Assembly (NCBI GenBank): GCA_964395975.1
Contig: CAYNBZ010000001.1
Span: forward strand, 28,267-92,266
From: an uncultured Muribaculaceae bacterium
Lineage (GTDB): Bacteria > Bacteroidota > Bacteroidia > Bacteroidales > Muribaculaceae
DNA length: 64,000 nucleotides
Reading direction: 5' to 3'
Shown: positions 30,078 through 40,358 of the stretch, piece by piece
Layout of the letters: every line of letters begins with the position of its first letter
Position numbering within the stretch: position 1 is the stretch's first letter
Position numbers and translations under genes: made by a program
Notes under the pieces: model-generated
The model's input: only the letters and a program-made list of their open reading frames with translations
Told to the model about the DNA's origin: nothing
Databases searched by the model: none

Positions 30078-31370
30078 TTATTTTGCTATAATCAGATAGT
30101 AGTTTTTCTTTCCTCGTTGAACGAGGATGTATTTGCCGTTGAGTAATATTGAACTGTCGGCAGTTACGGTCGCATCAGCAATTTTTTCTTTGTTGACCGA
30201 TATGCCTCCACTTTGAATCAGTTTGCGCATTTCGCCTTTTGACTGGAATATGGGTGCATGGGTCGTAAATAATTCCACAAGTGGAACGCCGGTAGAAATC
30301 ACATTGGCAGGGACTTCAAATGTGGGCACGCCTTCGAATATCGATAATAGCGTATCTTCATCTATACGATGAAGAATGTCACCGGTGTTGTTGGAAAACA
30401 GTATCTTAGATGCTTCCAATGCCATTTCGTAGTCCTGTTGAGAGTGTACCATTATTGTGATTTCGCGGGCAAGACGCTTTTGCAATGGGCGTTGCCCCGG
30501 GTCTTGTGCCTGTGATGCTTCCAGTGCTTCGATTTCCTCTTTTGTTAGGTCTGTGAATATTTTGATATACTTTGCTGCGTCGGCATCGCTAACATTGAGC
30601 CAGAACTGGTAGAACTTGTATGGCGATGTGCGTTTGGGGTCTAGCCAGACATTGCCCGATTCGGTTTTGCCAAATTTGCCACCATCAGCTTTCGTTATGA
30701 GCGGACACGTAAGTGCGTATGCCTCACCGCCATTAATGCGACGTATTAATTCGGTGCCGGTGGTCATGTTGCCCCATTGGTCGGAACCGCCCATTTGCAA
30801 TTTGCACCCCATAGTTTCGTACAGATGCAGGAAGTCGTAGCCTTGAAGCAGCTGGTATGAAAATTCGGTAAATGACATGCCGTGCTGGGTGTCGCTGCCA
30901 AGACGCTTTTTTACAGAATCTTTGGCCATCATATAGTTGACTGTGATGTGCTTTCCTATGTCGCGAATGAAATTTAGGAAGCCATAATCCTTCATCCAAT
31001 CATAGTTGTTGACAAGGATGGCATGGTTGAGAGCATCGCTGTCAAAATCGAGGAACTTGGCGAGTTGTCGTTTAATGCACTCTTGATTGTGGCGTAAAGT
31101 GGTCTCATCGATAAGTACACGTTCCTGTGACTTCATCGATGGGTCACCTATCATACCCGTTGCCCCACCCACGAGGGCGATAGGCCGGTGTCCTGCACGT
31201 TGCAGGTGCTTGAGCATCATTACCCCCACCAAGTGACCGATATGCAATGAGTCGGCAGTAGGGTCTATACCCAAGTATGCCGTAGTCATTTCTTTGTTGA
31301 GTTGTTCTTCAGTACCCGGCATCATGTTGTTAATCATGCCGCGCCATTTCAATTCTTCAATAAAATTCAT
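30078..31370 (-). CDS. tyrS: Tyrosine--tRNA ligase
   Basis: 430 aa. HIGH motif (SLHIGHLV), KMSKS-type KFGKT, C-terminal S4-like domain. Confidence 0.95.
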   Translation of the reverse strand: MNFIEELKWRGMINNMMPGTEEQLNKEMTTAYLGIDPTADSLHIGHLVGVMMLKHLQRAGHRPIALVGGATGMIGDPSMKSQERVLIDETTLRHNQECIKRQLAKFLDFDSDALNHAILVNNYDWMKDYGFLNFIRDIGKHITVNYMMAKDSVKKRLGSDTQHGMSFTEFSYQLLQGYDFLHLYETMGCKLQMGGSDQWGNMTTGTELIRRINGGEAYALTCPLITKADGGKFGKTESGNVWLDPKRTSPYKFYQFWLNVSDADAAKYIKIFTDLTKEEIEALEASQAQDPGQRPLQKRLAREITIMVHSQQDYEMALEASKILFSNNTGDILHRIDEDTLLSIFEGVPTFEVPANVISTGVPLVELFTTHAPIFQSKGEMRKLIQSGGISVNKEKIADATVTADSSILLNGKYILVQRGKKNYYLIIAK

Positions 31371-31401
31371 CGAATGGGTCTGTTTAATTCATTTTATACA
31401 G

Positions 31402-31409
31402 CAAAGATA
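31402..31409 (-). promoter_or_regulatory. -7 promoter box (TATCTTTG on minus strand) for tyrS
   Basis: Matches TAnnTTTG, 31 nt upstream of the tyrS ATG. Confidence 0.45.
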
Positions 31410-31601
31410 ATGCAAGTTGAGGGCATAAGCAAATCATAACAGCATGATTCAGGATGGCATTGGTTTTTTGAAAATTATGAGGTGTCATGAGTGAAGAGTT
31501 TTCCCCGGAAATTAGCACCGATTGCTTGCTTTTATGATGGCATGGCGAAGTCGAGCCTGTGATTTAAAAATTTATTATCCGATGGATATAAAATTTATTT
31601 G

Positions 31602-31609
31602 TACTTTTG
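31602..31609 (+). promoter_or_regulatory. -7 promoter box (TACTTTTG) for pepT
   Basis: Matches TAnnTTTG, 88 nt upstream of the pepT ATG. Confidence 0.4.
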
Positions 31610-31696
31610 TATGAAATAACCTTTACGGCTATTGTGTTTCAAAATTAAGGTGTGGCTAATCTTTGCCATTCAAATAAAAACTTGATGACTTAACCA

Positions 31697-32932
31697 ATGA
31701 TGACTGTTGTAGAACGTTTTTTGCAGTATGTGAAGTTCGATACACAAAGCGACGAACTCACCAACCTCACTCCATCTACCCCGGGGCAGATGATATTTGC
31801 CCAATACTTGGAAAAAGAATTGAAACAACTTGGGCTGTCAGATATCTCGCTAGATGATAACGGTTACCTGATGGCTACATTGCCGTCTAACTGTGGCAAT
31901 CAGGTCCCTACTGTTGGATTTATAGCACACCTTGACACTTCGCCCGATATGTCGGGACACCATGTGTCGCCTCGTATCGTAGAAAAATATGATGGTGACG
32001 ACATAGTGCTTAATGCAGAGAAAAATATTGTGCTGTCACCGACACAATTTCCTGAACTTGAAGATTATAAAGGACAAGATTTGATAGTAACCGACGGAAA
32101 TACTTTGCTTGGTGCTGATGACAAGGCCGGTATCGCTGAAATTATTTCAGCGGTGGATTATCTGAAATCGCATCCCGAAATCAAGCATGGTGATATACGT
32201 ATTGCATTCAATCCAGATGAGGAGATAGGGCAAGGTGCGCATAAATTTGATGTGCAACGATTTGGTGCCGACTGGGCATATACGATGGATGGCGGTGCCA
32301 TAGGTGAATTGGAATATGAAAACTTCAATGCTGCAGTGGCAAAAGTCACGTTCAAGGGGCGCAATGTACATCCCGGGTATGCCAAGCACAAAATGATAAA
32401 CTCTATACGTATTGCAAACCAGTTTGCCATGATGTTGCCTCGCTGGGAAACGCCCGAGCATACCGAGGGATATGAAGGATTCTATCACTTGGTGGGGATA
32501 GAAGGTAATGTAGAGCAATCGGTGTTGACGTATATAATCAGGGATCACGATCGCGACCGCTTTGAACGCCGTAAAAAAGAACTTGAACATATCACTCGCA
32601 AGATAAATAATGAATTTCCCGGTTGTGCCTCTATCGACATAAAAGACCAGTATTATAACATGCTTGAAAAAATCAAGCCTGTGATGCATATTATCGATAT
32701 TGCAAAAATTGCAATGGAACGTGCAGGAGTGAAACCTGTGGTGCAACCGATACGTGGTGGAACTGATGGAGCGCAATTGTCGTTTAAGGGGTTGCCATGT
32801 CCTAATATTTTTGCCGGTGGGTTGAATTTCCACGGGCGTTATGAGTTCGTGCCTATACAATCGATGGAAAAGGCTGCCGCCACTATCGTGGAAATATGCA
32901 AGATAGTCGCTGAGGAGCCGGAAAAGGAGTGA
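31697..32932 (+). CDS. pepT: Peptidase T (tripeptide aminopeptidase, M20B)
   Basis: 411 aa. N-terminal [37 protein letters not shown], and a PepT-typical C-terminus [21 protein letters not shown]. Confidence 0.9.
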   Translation: MMTVVERFLQYVKFDTQSDELTNLTPSTPGQMIFAQYLEKELKQLGLSDISLDDNGYLMATLPSNCGNQVPTVGFIAHLDTSPDMSGHHVSPRIVEKYDGDDIVLNAEKNIVLSPTQFPELEDYKGQDLIVTDGNTLLGADDKAGIAEIISAVDYLKSHPEIKHGDIRIAFNPDEEIGQGAHKFDVQRFGADWAYTMDGGAIGELEYENFNAAVAKVTFKGRNVHPGYAKHKMINSIRIANQFAMMLPRWETPEHTEGYEGFYHLVGIEGNVEQSVLTYIIRDHDRDRFERRKKELEHITRKINNEFPGCASIDIKDQYYNMLEKIKPVMHIIDIAKIAMERAGVKPVVQPIRGGTDGAQLSFKGLPCPNIFAGGLNFHGRYEFVPIQSMEKAAATIVEICKIVAEEPEKE

Positions 32933-32941
32933 AACATATAT

Positions 32942-33967
32942 ATGCCTGGCTCATTTGACATAAGACGTGAACGCATTGAGAGCGACAAAGACTTTGAGCG
33001 AGCTTTGCGCCCTATGGTATTCGACGACTTCAACGGGCAGGACAAGGTAATTGAAAACTTGCGCGTATTCGTGGCGGCGGCAAAGTTACGGGGTGAAGCT
33101 CTTGACCATATTCTGCTGCACGGGCCTCCGGGACTTGGAAAGACTACATTGTCGAATATCATCGCTAACGAGCTTGGTGTGGGATTCAAGGTTACTTCGG
33201 GTCCAGTGCTCGACAAACCGGGAGACTTGGCCGGCATCCTGACATCGCTTGAAGAAAACGATGTGCTGTTTATCGATGAGATACATCGTTTAAGCCCCAT
33301 AGTAGAGGAATATCTTTACTCTGCTATGGAAGATTACCGCATTGATATAATGATAGACAAGGGGCCGGGAGCTAGATCGGTGCAATTAACACTTTCGCCG
33401 TTTACACTTATAGGCGCAACTACTCGCAGTGGATTGTTGACTGCACCACTCAGAGCGAGATTTGGTATTAATTGTCATTTGGAATATTACGACCACTCGG
33501 TATTACAGGGTATTGTCGAACGGTCGGCAAAATTGCTCGGTATGCCAATCACCAATGATGCTGCGCGAGAGATTGCATTGCGCAGCCGTGGAACACCGCG
33601 CATAGCCAATGCGTTGTTGCGGAGGGTGCGGGATTTTGCGCAAGTAAAGGGTGACGGGTCTATCGATAGCAAGATTGCACGTTTTTCCCTTGAAGCCCTA
33701 AATATCGACCAATACGGGCTCGATGAAATCGATAACAAGATATTGACTACCATAATCGACAAGTTTAAGGGTGGGCCTGTGGGGCTGACCACTATTGCTA
33801 CAGCTCTTGGCGAAGATCCGGGTACAATCGAAGAAGTGTATGAGCCTTTTTTGATAAAAGAAGGGTTTGTAAAACGCACTCCGCGTGGGCGTGAAGTGAC
33901 TGACCTTGCTTATAATCATCTTGGTCGCAGTCGTCTTGCTGCCCAATCATCCCTTTTCGGACAATAG
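32942..33967 (+). CDS. ruvB: Holliday junction branch-migration helicase RuvB
   Basis: 341 aa. Walker [14 protein letters not shown], Walker [11 protein letters not shown], sensor [16 protein letters not shown]. Confidence 0.95.
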   Translation: MPGSFDIRRERIESDKDFERALRPMVFDDFNGQDKVIENLRVFVAAAKLRGEALDHILLHGPPGLGKTTLSNIIANELGVGFKVTSGPVLDKPGDLAGILTSLEENDVLFIDEIHRLSPIVEEYLYSAMEDYRIDIMIDKGPGARSVQLTLSPFTLIGATTRSGLLTAPLRARFGINCHLEYYDHSVLQGIVERSAKLLGMPITNDAAREIALRSRGTPRIANALLRRVRDFAQVKGDGSIDSKIARFSLEALNIDQYGLDEIDNKILTTIIDKFKGGPVGLTTIATALGEDPGTIEEVYEPFLIKEGFVKRTPRGREVTDLAYNHLGRSRLAAQSSLFGQ

Positions 33968-34009
33968 CAGCAGGGGCATTGTTGGTGTGGTTTTGAGCAT
34001 GAAGGCATT

Positions 34010-34041
34010 GTGTGGGAAGGTGTTATATGTTTTCCACACAC
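34010..34041 (+). terminator. Possible terminator after ruvB
   Basis: GTGTGGGAA..TTCCACAC forms an imperfect hairpin, followed by AT-rich sequence. Confidence 0.35.
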
Positions 34042-34103
34042 TATATTATTAGTGTCTGTAATTTTATAATATCAGTAAGGTACTGAACTATATGTGAAAA
34101 ATA

Positions 34104-34140
34104 AGAAAGCATATCGTATGACAAAACAATATGCTTTTCT
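34104..34140 (-). terminator. Intrinsic terminator downstream of tRNA-Gln
   Basis: AGAAAGCATAT / ATATGCTTTTCT hairpin, followed on the minus strand by TATTTTTC. Confidence 0.5.
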
Positions 34141-34145
34141 ATACG

Positions 34146-34216
34146 TTGTCTTACGAGGATTCGAACCTCGACAGGCAGAACCAAAAACTGCAGTGCTACC
34201 ATTACACCATAAGACA
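34146..34216 (-). tRNA. tRNA-Gln (anticodon UUG)
   Basis: The minus-strand sequence TGTCTTATGGTGTAATGGTAGCACTGCAGTTTTTGGTTCTGCCTGTCGAGGTTCGAATCCTCGTAAGACAA folds by hand into a cloverleaf. It has a 7-bp acceptor stem, T-arm CGAGG-TTCGAAT-CCTCG and anticodon loop TTTTGGT. CCA is not encoded. Confidence 0.8.
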
Positions 34217-34253
34217 ATCCTTTCAACCAAGACTCTTCGTCCTAATTGCGGTG

Positions 34254-34261
34254 CAAAGTTA
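34254..34261 (-). promoter_or_regulatory. -7 promoter box (TAACTTTG on minus strand) for tRNA-Gln
   Basis: Matches TAnnTTTG, about 38 nt upstream of the tRNA 5' end. Confidence 0.45.
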
Positions 34262-34344
34262 AGCCAAATTATGTAATACTGCAAGTTTTTTTGTTCCTTT
34301 TTTAATTAGTGAGTAATTTTCTCACAGTATTGGCGTTATTGTTG

Positions 34345-34352
34345 TAACTTTG
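34345..34352 (+). promoter_or_regulatory. -7 promoter box (TAACTTTG) for the MATE gene
   Basis: Matches TAnnTTTG, 26 nt upstream of the ATG at 34378. Confidence 0.45.
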
Positions 34353-34377
34353 TGGCGACAAGAGGAGAATATAGATT

Positions 34378-35799
34378 ATGGGAAACTTTGGGAAATCAGA
34401 TAGGTTATATGAATTGCAAAATCTCCAGGTAAGCAAATCAGATAGGTTATATGAATTGCAAAATCTCCCGATAAGCAAATTGTTGTGGAAATACAGCATG
34501 CCTGCCATAGTGGGTATTGTGGTGATGTCGTTGTATAACATAATCGACCGTATTTTCATTGGGCAAGGTGTGGGGCCGGATGCTATTGCAGGGCTTGCCA
34601 TTACATTCCCTGTAATGAATCTTGCCACTGCGCTCGGGATGCTTATCGGAGCAGGTAGTGCAGCAAGGGTCTCAATTGTTCTCGGACAGGGGGATAAACC
34701 TATGGCATTCAAAATATTGGGAAATAGCATTGTCATGACCATAACGCTTGGTATTAGTTATATTACTGTTTTTGCCATTTTTATGGACGACATATTGCGC
34801 TTGTTTGGAGCCAGTGAAAGGACATTGCCATACGCCCACGATTTTATGATGTACATCCTTCCGGGATTGTTGCTTATGAATATGTGTTATTCCTATAACA
34901 ATTTAATGCGCGCATCGGGATATCCGACACGGGCAATGGTGACAATGTTCATCGGAGCGGGGTTAAATGTCATGCTTGCTCCGCTATTCATTTTTATTTT
35001 CGGGTGGGGTATAAAAGGAGCTGCCATTGCTTCCGACATATCTATGGCGGTTTCGGCTGCTTTTGTAATGTCACATTTTATGTCGAAAAAGAGCGAGATA
35101 CATTTTAAACAAGGTATATACCGGCTTGAAAAGTCAATACTTTTATCGATTGTGTCGATAGGTGCAGCTCCGTTTTTAATTAACTGTGCAGGTTGTGTCA
35201 TAAATGCAATTGTTAACAATACTCTTTTCAAGTATGGTGGTGACTCAGCCGTGGCAGCTATGGGGATATTTACAACATATTCGCAATTACTGATAGTGGT
35301 GGTTATAGGCATTTGTCAAGGTATGCAGCCAATAATCGGATTTAATTATGGTGCGCGATGTTTCGACCGTTTGCGTCGCACTTATTTTCTTGCCGTCAGT
35401 GCTTCATCCATCGTTTGTGTGTTGGGGACGATTCTGTCGCTCAGTTGCCCTCAATATATAGCCAGGGCATTTACAACCGATACTGACTTGATAAGTGCGA
35501 TAGTCAAAAGTTTGACAATAACGACAATCATGTTCTGGGGCATTGGGTTTCAGATTGTTTCGACCAATTTTTTCCAGTCGCTTGGTATGGCTAAGAAATC
35601 TATATTTTTAAGTCTTACTCGTCAGATAATCTTTCTCATCCCGTTGCTTGTCATTCTGCCTCCACATTTTGGGCTTAATGGCGTGTGGGCGGCGTTCCCT
35701 ACGGCCGACTCACTTGCAATCTTTATTACTGTTGTGTTGATAATTAATCAATTCCGGACATTAAGAAAGATGGAAATTTCGAGTAGCAATGATGTATGA
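34378..35799 (+). CDS. MATE family efflux transporter
   Basis: 473 aa with 12 predicted TM helices. The N-terminal KLLWKYSMPAIVGIVVMSLYNIIDRIFIG is a typical MATE start. Confidence 0.85.
   Translation: MGNFGKSDRLYELQNLQVSKSDRLYELQNLPISKLLWKYSMPAIVGIVVMSLYNIIDRIFIGQGVGPDAIAGLAITFPVMNLATALGMLIGAGSAARVSIVLGQGDKPMAFKILGNSIVMTITLGISYITVFAIFMDDILRLFGASERTLPYAHDFMMYILPGLLLMNMCYSYNNLMRASGYPTRAMVTMFIGAGLNVMLAPLFIFIFGWGIKGAAIASDISMAVSAAFVMSHFMSKKSEIHFKQGIYRLEKSILLSIVSIGAAPFLINCAGCVINAIVNNTLFKYGGDSAVAAMGIFTTYSQLLIVVVIGICQGMQPIIGFNYGARCFDRLRRTYFLAVSASSIVCVLGTILSLSCPQYIARAFTTDTDLISAIVKSLTITTIMFWGIGFQIVSTNFFQSLGMAKKSIFLSLTRQIIFLIPLLVILPPHFGLNGVWAAFPTADSLAIFITVVLIINQFRTLRKMEISSSNDV
34393..34476 (+). repeat. 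In-frame 42-bp tandem duplication (2 copies, 40/42 identical) at the MATE 5' end
   Basis: AAATCAGATAGGTTATATGAATTGCAAAATCTCC(AGG/CGA)TAAGC occurs twice head to tail. It encodes KSDRLYELQNLQVS followed by KSDRLYELQNLPIS. Confidence 0.9.
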
Positions 35800-35959
35800 A
35801 GAGTGTGAACAATTAAATTATTATTACGTTAGTGGTATTTGCAGCTTTCGCAATGATGCTATAGTAAGAGGCTTTATTGGAATCACAGGTGTGTGTATTT
35901 TGTGTACAATGAACTGTAAGCCATTTCTGAGACAAGAGACAGGAGTGTGGGCATCGTCC

Positions 35960-36547
35960 TTATTCGGCAGAGATGTTGAACGGCGTGATTTCAAAGTAGA
36001 TTTTGTCGTGCCGGTATTGCTGGTTTGGAACGACTATAAAACAATCATATGATCTCATACCGTTTACTATCAGATGCCTTTCTGAAATTTCAGTCAGCTC
36101 TAATGCACTGCGCATAAGCGTGTATTCGTCATATACACAAATGACGCAAAAAGCCGATTGAATGGATGATCCATCACCAGTTGAAACAATTGCTTTCAAC
36201 AATTTTGAGAACCGCCATGCTGCCAATTTCCATATGTCGTGTTCTTTCGGCACTATGCGCAACAGAGCATTTAGGGCATCAAGATTGTAAGGATTGCGGC
36301 ATGCGGTGTCCCATGCCAGCCGAAGTGCATTTTCGATGTCACCGGTTTTTATCATGCTGTCGATTGCCATACGGTTGAAATCGATATCGGAATAGCATTC
36401 ATTCACATAGGCTTGAGCCACATATGCACGAGCTATATCACTTAGTGGTAGTGAATTGTCGAGTCTGTCGAAACGAGCAGTGATGGTTGCCACTTCTGTA
36501 GGCTTTTCACGTGCCCATTTTTCTATTTCATTGCAATCTATGGGCAT
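35960..36547 (-). CDS. Hypothetical protein, last gene of the tonB operon (possibly DUF4919-like; uncertain)
   Basis: 195-aa ORF that starts 16 nt after the tonB stop on the same strand. No signal peptide and no motif I recognise. Confidence 0.55.
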   Translation of the reverse strand: MPIDCNEIEKWAREKPTEVATITARFDRLDNSLPLSDIARAYVAQAYVNECYSDIDFNRMAIDSMIKTGDIENALRLAWDTACRNPYNLDALNALLRIVPKEHDIWKLAAWRFSKLLKAIVSTGDGSSIQSAFCVICVYDEYTLMRSALELTEISERHLIVNGMRSYDCFIVVPNQQYRHDKIYFEITPFNISAE

Positions 36548-36562
36548 ATAAGGATAGTTTTT

Positions 36563-37351
36563 TTACTGAAATTTCCAAGTTATATAACCGATGGCTTCGC
36601 TTATTGTACCTGTAGGCACCTTGAACTGCGATTGCAGCGATGCTTGTTCGCAGCTGCGTCGCACTTCCATGTTGCTTGCTGCAGTACCGTTGCCGTGGTC
36701 GTAGTTGGCCGATATTACTTTCCCTCGGGAGTTTACGCGAACTCTTATCACCACAATTCCCTCAACAGGGCTGCTTGGACTTCCCCAATGTTCAAGTGTG
36801 TATCCAGCCGACAATCCCGATACTCCGGGTGATCCTTGGCTAGAGCCTGTCGGACTGTTGCCATCTGGTTGCCCTGTACTGCCGTGACCTTGATTCGAAG
36901 AATTGTTGAATGCGCCTTGTATGAGTTCGTTAGTGCGTCGTTCGGCTTCTTGCCGTTGCTTGATGCGTTCTTGTTCGGCGAGTTCCTCTTTGGTCGGGCC
37001 GGCTTCTTCTGATTCTTGTTTCACTTGCATGGGGGATTCTTCCGATGTGGACAGAGCCGGTGATGCTGATCGCCCCTCTTTACCGGCATCTATAATATCA
37101 TCTCCAGTATTGACTTGAATTTCATCAGTTGCCGATGTGACAGTGCTGTTGTCAATGGATTCTTGCAGGGCATTCCCGAGCATCACATATTCACCACCGA
37201 AAAAGGTTATATCTTGTCGTGTCGATTCGTTGAGCATCGGGATTACTTGGAAATGCAAGTGTGATAACACAAGAATAAACATGGCCGCAATGTGTAAGAG
37301 CACTGTTGTGGCTAAGGCTATTTTTTTGTTTTTGTTGGGAGCGGCAGCCAT
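36563..37351 (-). CDS. tonB: Energy transducer TonB
   Basis: N-terminal TM anchor, a charged E/Q/S/P-rich linker, and a C-terminal TonB domain (GIVVIRVRVNSRGKVISANY...). Its start overlaps the exbD stop (TAATG). Confidence 0.75.
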   Translation of the reverse strand: MAAAPNKNKKIALATTVLLHIAAMFILVLSHLHFQVIPMLNESTRQDITFFGGEYVMLGNALQESIDNSTVTSATDEIQVNTGDDIIDAGKEGRSASPALSTSEESPMQVKQESEEAGPTKEELAEQERIKQRQEAERRTNELIQGAFNNSSNQGHGSTGQPDGNSPTGSSQGSPGVSGLSAGYTLEHWGSPSSPVEGIVVIRVRVNSRGKVISANYDHGNGTAASNMEVRRSCEQASLQSQFKVPTGTISEAIGYITWKFQ

Positions 37352-37797
37352 TATATGTTTTTTGTTTTGCCCGGTGGGGCATAATTAGGCGATGCCGGTG
37401 TGGTAGCGAGAACAATCTTCAGGTTATTGCGAGCACCTTTGTCGAGCACTTCTACTATCTTGCCGTAAGGAACCGCTGCATCGGCATAAAGGGCGATGAA
37501 TTGCTCGGGGTTGTTTTGCTGTGCAAGGTACAAAAATGTGAGCAGCTGATTTTCGGGTAATGCCTTCGGCTCTTCATCTCCGAACGCTCCATACATCACA
37601 AGGTCTTTGTCAATATATATTCGCGTTCCCGGCTTCAAAGCTGTTTGTTGGCTTGACTGTGGTAGGTCGACTTCGAGAGCTGATGGATAAACAAATGTTG
37701 ATGTCACCATGAAGAATATGAGCAGCAGGAATATTACATCCGTCATTGATGCCATACTGAACATCGACATCATGTCGTGTTGTCTTTTCAGTGCCAT
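37351..37797 (-). CDS. exbD: Biopolymer transport protein ExbD/TolR
   Basis: MTDVIFLLLIFFMVTSTF TM motif plus a periplasmic domain. I prefer the start at MALKRQ (37797). Confidence 0.85.
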   Translation of the reverse strand: MALKRQHDMMSMFSMASMTDVIFLLLIFFMVTSTFVYPSALEVDLPQSSQQTALKPGTRIYIDKDLVMYGAFGDEEPKALPENQLLTFLYLAQQNNPEQFIALYADAAVPYGKIVEVLDKGARNNLKIVLATTPASPNYAPPGKTKNI

Positions 37798-37804
37798 GAC
37801 TTTT

Positions 37805-38539
37805 TTATTTTGTTGCCGGCTCGTTAAGTAAGTCCATGAATTCCATTGTCTTGGCTTCAAGCTGATTCATCACCTTGTTAAGTCTTGACACAAGGAAGTT
37901 GTAGGCAAATAGTGCTATTACACCTACAATCAAACCTGCGACAGTCGTCACCAATGCTTCATATATGCCACTTGCCAATACTGCGATATTGGCATTGTTT
38001 CCCGCGCTTGCCAATGCGAAGAATGCTTTGACCATACCAGTAACAGTTCCGAGGAATCCGAGCATCGGAGCTCCGGCGGCTGTTGTAGCAAGCCAGTTAA
38101 ATCCTTTACCAAGGGCTGTTATTTCCATGTTTCCAGTGTTCTCGATGGCAACAAGCACATCGTTCATCGGGCGTCCTATACGCGAAATGCCTTTCATGAT
38201 GAGCCGAGAATATGGGGTGTCAGTTTTTTTGCATAAATTCATTGCGCTTTCAATTTCACCGTCATGAATATAGTCTTTGATGCGTTTCATGAAGGTGTTG
38301 TCTTCTTTTGCTGCTGTGCTGATGGCAAGAAAACGCTCAATGAATATGTAGATACTGATTATCGACAATATGGCGAGAGGTATCATGATGATACCACCCT
38401 TTAGTGTCAGCTCCCATACCGATAGCTCTTGTGTGTGGTAGCTTTCTATGGCTTGTTGCACTGCTCCGAGTGTGTCTACCGGCATCCAGTCAGCATTTTG
38501 AAGTGTTAGTGCAGCCATGATTGAGTTGAGGATAGGCAT
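37805..38539 (-). CDS. exbB: MotA/TolQ/ExbB proton-channel protein
   Basis: 244 aa with three TM helices and the conserved GAPMLGFLGTVTGM motif. Confidence 0.85.
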   Translation of the reverse strand: MPILNSIMAALTLQNADWMPVDTLGAVQQAIESYHTQELSVWELTLKGGIIMIPLAILSIISIYIFIERFLAISTAAKEDNTFMKRIKDYIHDGEIESAMNLCKKTDTPYSRLIMKGISRIGRPMNDVLVAIENTGNMEITALGKGFNWLATTAAGAPMLGFLGTVTGMVKAFFALASAGNNANIAVLASGIYEALVTTVAGLIVGVIALFAYNFLVSRLNKVMNQLEAKTMEFMDLLNEPATK

Positions 38540-38558
38540 GTTTCAGTGTTGAAGGGGA

Positions 38559-39272
38559 TTATTTTAAACAATTTTTATAAGCAACAATTGTTTTTTCAAG
38601 ACCCATATAGAGGGCATCGGATATGATAGAGTGCCCGATCGATACTTCATTCAAGTATGGCAGACTTTCATAGAAGAATCGCAAGTTTTCCAGATTTAAG
38701 TCGTGCCCGGCATTCACGCCAAGTCCCACTTTGTGGGCTGCTTCAGATGCTGCAACAAATGGAGCCACTGCGGCAGCAGGATCTTTAGGATATTCCTTGG
38801 CATAAGGTTCGGTGTACAATTCTATGCGGTCGGCACCTGTTTTTGCCGCCAGTTTTATGTTTTCGATATCGGTGCCTACGAAAATGCTTGTTCTGATTCC
38901 GGCTTCCTTCAATCGGTCGACAACAGAGGTGAGGAAGTATAGATGGTCGTTGACTATCCATCCAGCTGAAGAAGTTAGTGCATCGGGTGCATCCGGCACA
39001 AGGGTTGCCTGCTCGGGTTTTACTTTGAGCAGTAGGTCGATAAAGTCGTCTGACGGGTATCCTTCAATGTTGAACTCAGTGCGGATTATGGGACGTAGCA
39101 TATACACATCCGACTTGCGAATGTGTCGCTCGTCAGGACGTGGGTGTACGGTTATACCATCAGCTCCGAAACGTTCACAGTCGATTGCCACTTTTTCTAC
39201 ATCAGGGATATTGCCCCCTCTGGCATTTCTCAAAGTGGCCACTTTGTTGATATTAACACTTAAATTTGTCAT
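38559..39272 (-). CDS. pdxJ: Pyridoxine 5'-phosphate synthase
   Basis: 237 aa. Motifs: [41 protein letters not shown]. Confidence 0.9.
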   Translation of the reverse strand: MTNLSVNINKVATLRNARGGNIPDVEKVAIDCERFGADGITVHPRPDERHIRKSDVYMLRPIIRTEFNIEGYPSDDFIDLLLKVKPEQATLVPDAPDALTSSAGWIVNDHLYFLTSVVDRLKEAGIRTSIFVGTDIENIKLAAKTGADRIELYTEPYAKEYPKDPAAAVAPFVAASEAAHKVGLGVNAGHDLNLENLRFFYESLPYLNEVSIGHSIISDALYMGLEKTIVAYKNCLK

Positions 39273-39330
39273 TCTCTATTATAATATAATGCACTCTCGA
39301 AAAATTAGTGGCACGATAAAATTTTTATCG

Positions 39331-39338
39331 TATATTTG
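39331..39338 (+). promoter_or_regulatory. -7 promoter-like box (TATATTTG) upstream of nadK
   Basis: Matches TAnnTTTG, 147 nt upstream of the nadK ATG. A second box on the opposite strand (TATTTTTG, 39359-39366) could serve pdxJ. Confidence 0.3.
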
Positions 39339-39484
39339 TAAGTGCATAAAATTCATCGCAAAAATAATATGAAATAATAAGAAAATAAAGCGAAAGATGC
39401 ATATTGTGCCATGCTGTGGTGCCTTTTTGTTTGCAAAAAAACAAGAAAATCCGATTGCTCTTGTACAAATAAATCGAGAACGAG

Positions 39485-40345
39485 ATGAGAATATTGCTTT
39501 TTGGGAATGAATATCAACAACGTTATACCACAGAATTACACCGCCTTATCAAGATGTTGCGTATGCGTAATGCCGACATTGTGGTAGAGCAGGATTTTTT
39601 CGGCTATTTGCGTGAATGCTTGGATATAAGAATCGGTGGCCTTGTTGGTATAGCGGCTTGCGACATGGACGGGGATGTAGCGTTGAGCATAGGCGGCGAT
39701 GGAACATTCTTACGCACAGCACGAGTAATGGCACGAAAGGATGTGCCGGTACTTGGAATTAATACAGGCCATTTGGGTTATCTTGCCGATGCTGGTGTGT
39801 CTGAAATGGAACGTGTGGTAGGCGAGTTGTATGATGGGCAGTACAAAATAGGTCGTAGGACGATGCTCGAGATAATTACGGATTGCAATGTGCATATAAA
39901 CAATCCTCTCGCTTTGAACGAAGTTGCCATTTTACGGCAAGATACATGTTCGATGCTCAAGATGCGTACTTGGGTCAATGGTATTGATCTTACAACATAC
40001 AGGGGCGATGGCTTGGTCGTTTCTACCCCTACGGGTTCAACGGCCTATAATTTGAGTGTCGGAGGCCCATTGATAGAGCCTACGGCTCATGTGATGGTGT
40101 TGTCGCCTATTTCGGCACATTCGCTCACCATGCGTCCGTTGGTATTGCGCGATGATTCGATAATTGCCATCGAAACAGTTTCACGCACTCAGCAATATCT
40201 TGTGAGTCTGGATGGCGAGGTATATTCTTTCCCTTCGGGTGTTGCTGTGACTGTGAAAAAGTCGGATGTGTTTGTGAAAATCATAGAGCCGCTCAATCAT
40301 AATTTTGCCGACACGTTGCGAAAAAAATTGATGTGGGGGCAATAG
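39485..40345 (+). CDS. nadK: NAD+ kinase
   Basis: 286 aa. Motifs: GGDGTFLRTA, NTGHLGYL, STPTGSTAYNLS. Confidence 0.9.
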   Translation: MRILLFGNEYQQRYTTELHRLIKMLRMRNADIVVEQDFFGYLRECLDIRIGGLVGIAACDMDGDVALSIGGDGTFLRTARVMARKDVPVLGINTGHLGYLADAGVSEMERVVGELYDGQYKIGRRTMLEIITDCNVHINNPLALNEVAILRQDTCSMLKMRTWVNGIDLTTYRGDGLVVSTPTGSTAYNLSVGGPLIEPTAHVMVLSPISAHSLTMRPLVLRDDSIIAIETVSRTQQYLVSLDGEVYSFPSGVAVTVKKSDVFVKIIEPLNHNFADTLRKKLMWGQ

Positions 40346-40358
40346 GTGCGGACAAGGA

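Noticed and set aside
31410-31600. About 190 nt of unassigned sequence between the tyrS and pepT promoters, including a 16-codon ORF
   Set aside because: I found no convincing secondary structure, repeat or riboswitch-like conserved core by eye. The tiny ORF has no supporting signal. I leave the region unannotated.
34041-34284. Small ORFs (60-70 aa) on both strands around 34.04-34.28 kb
   Set aside because: They overlap the tRNA-Gln gene and its terminator and promoter. The tRNA cloverleaf explains the region.
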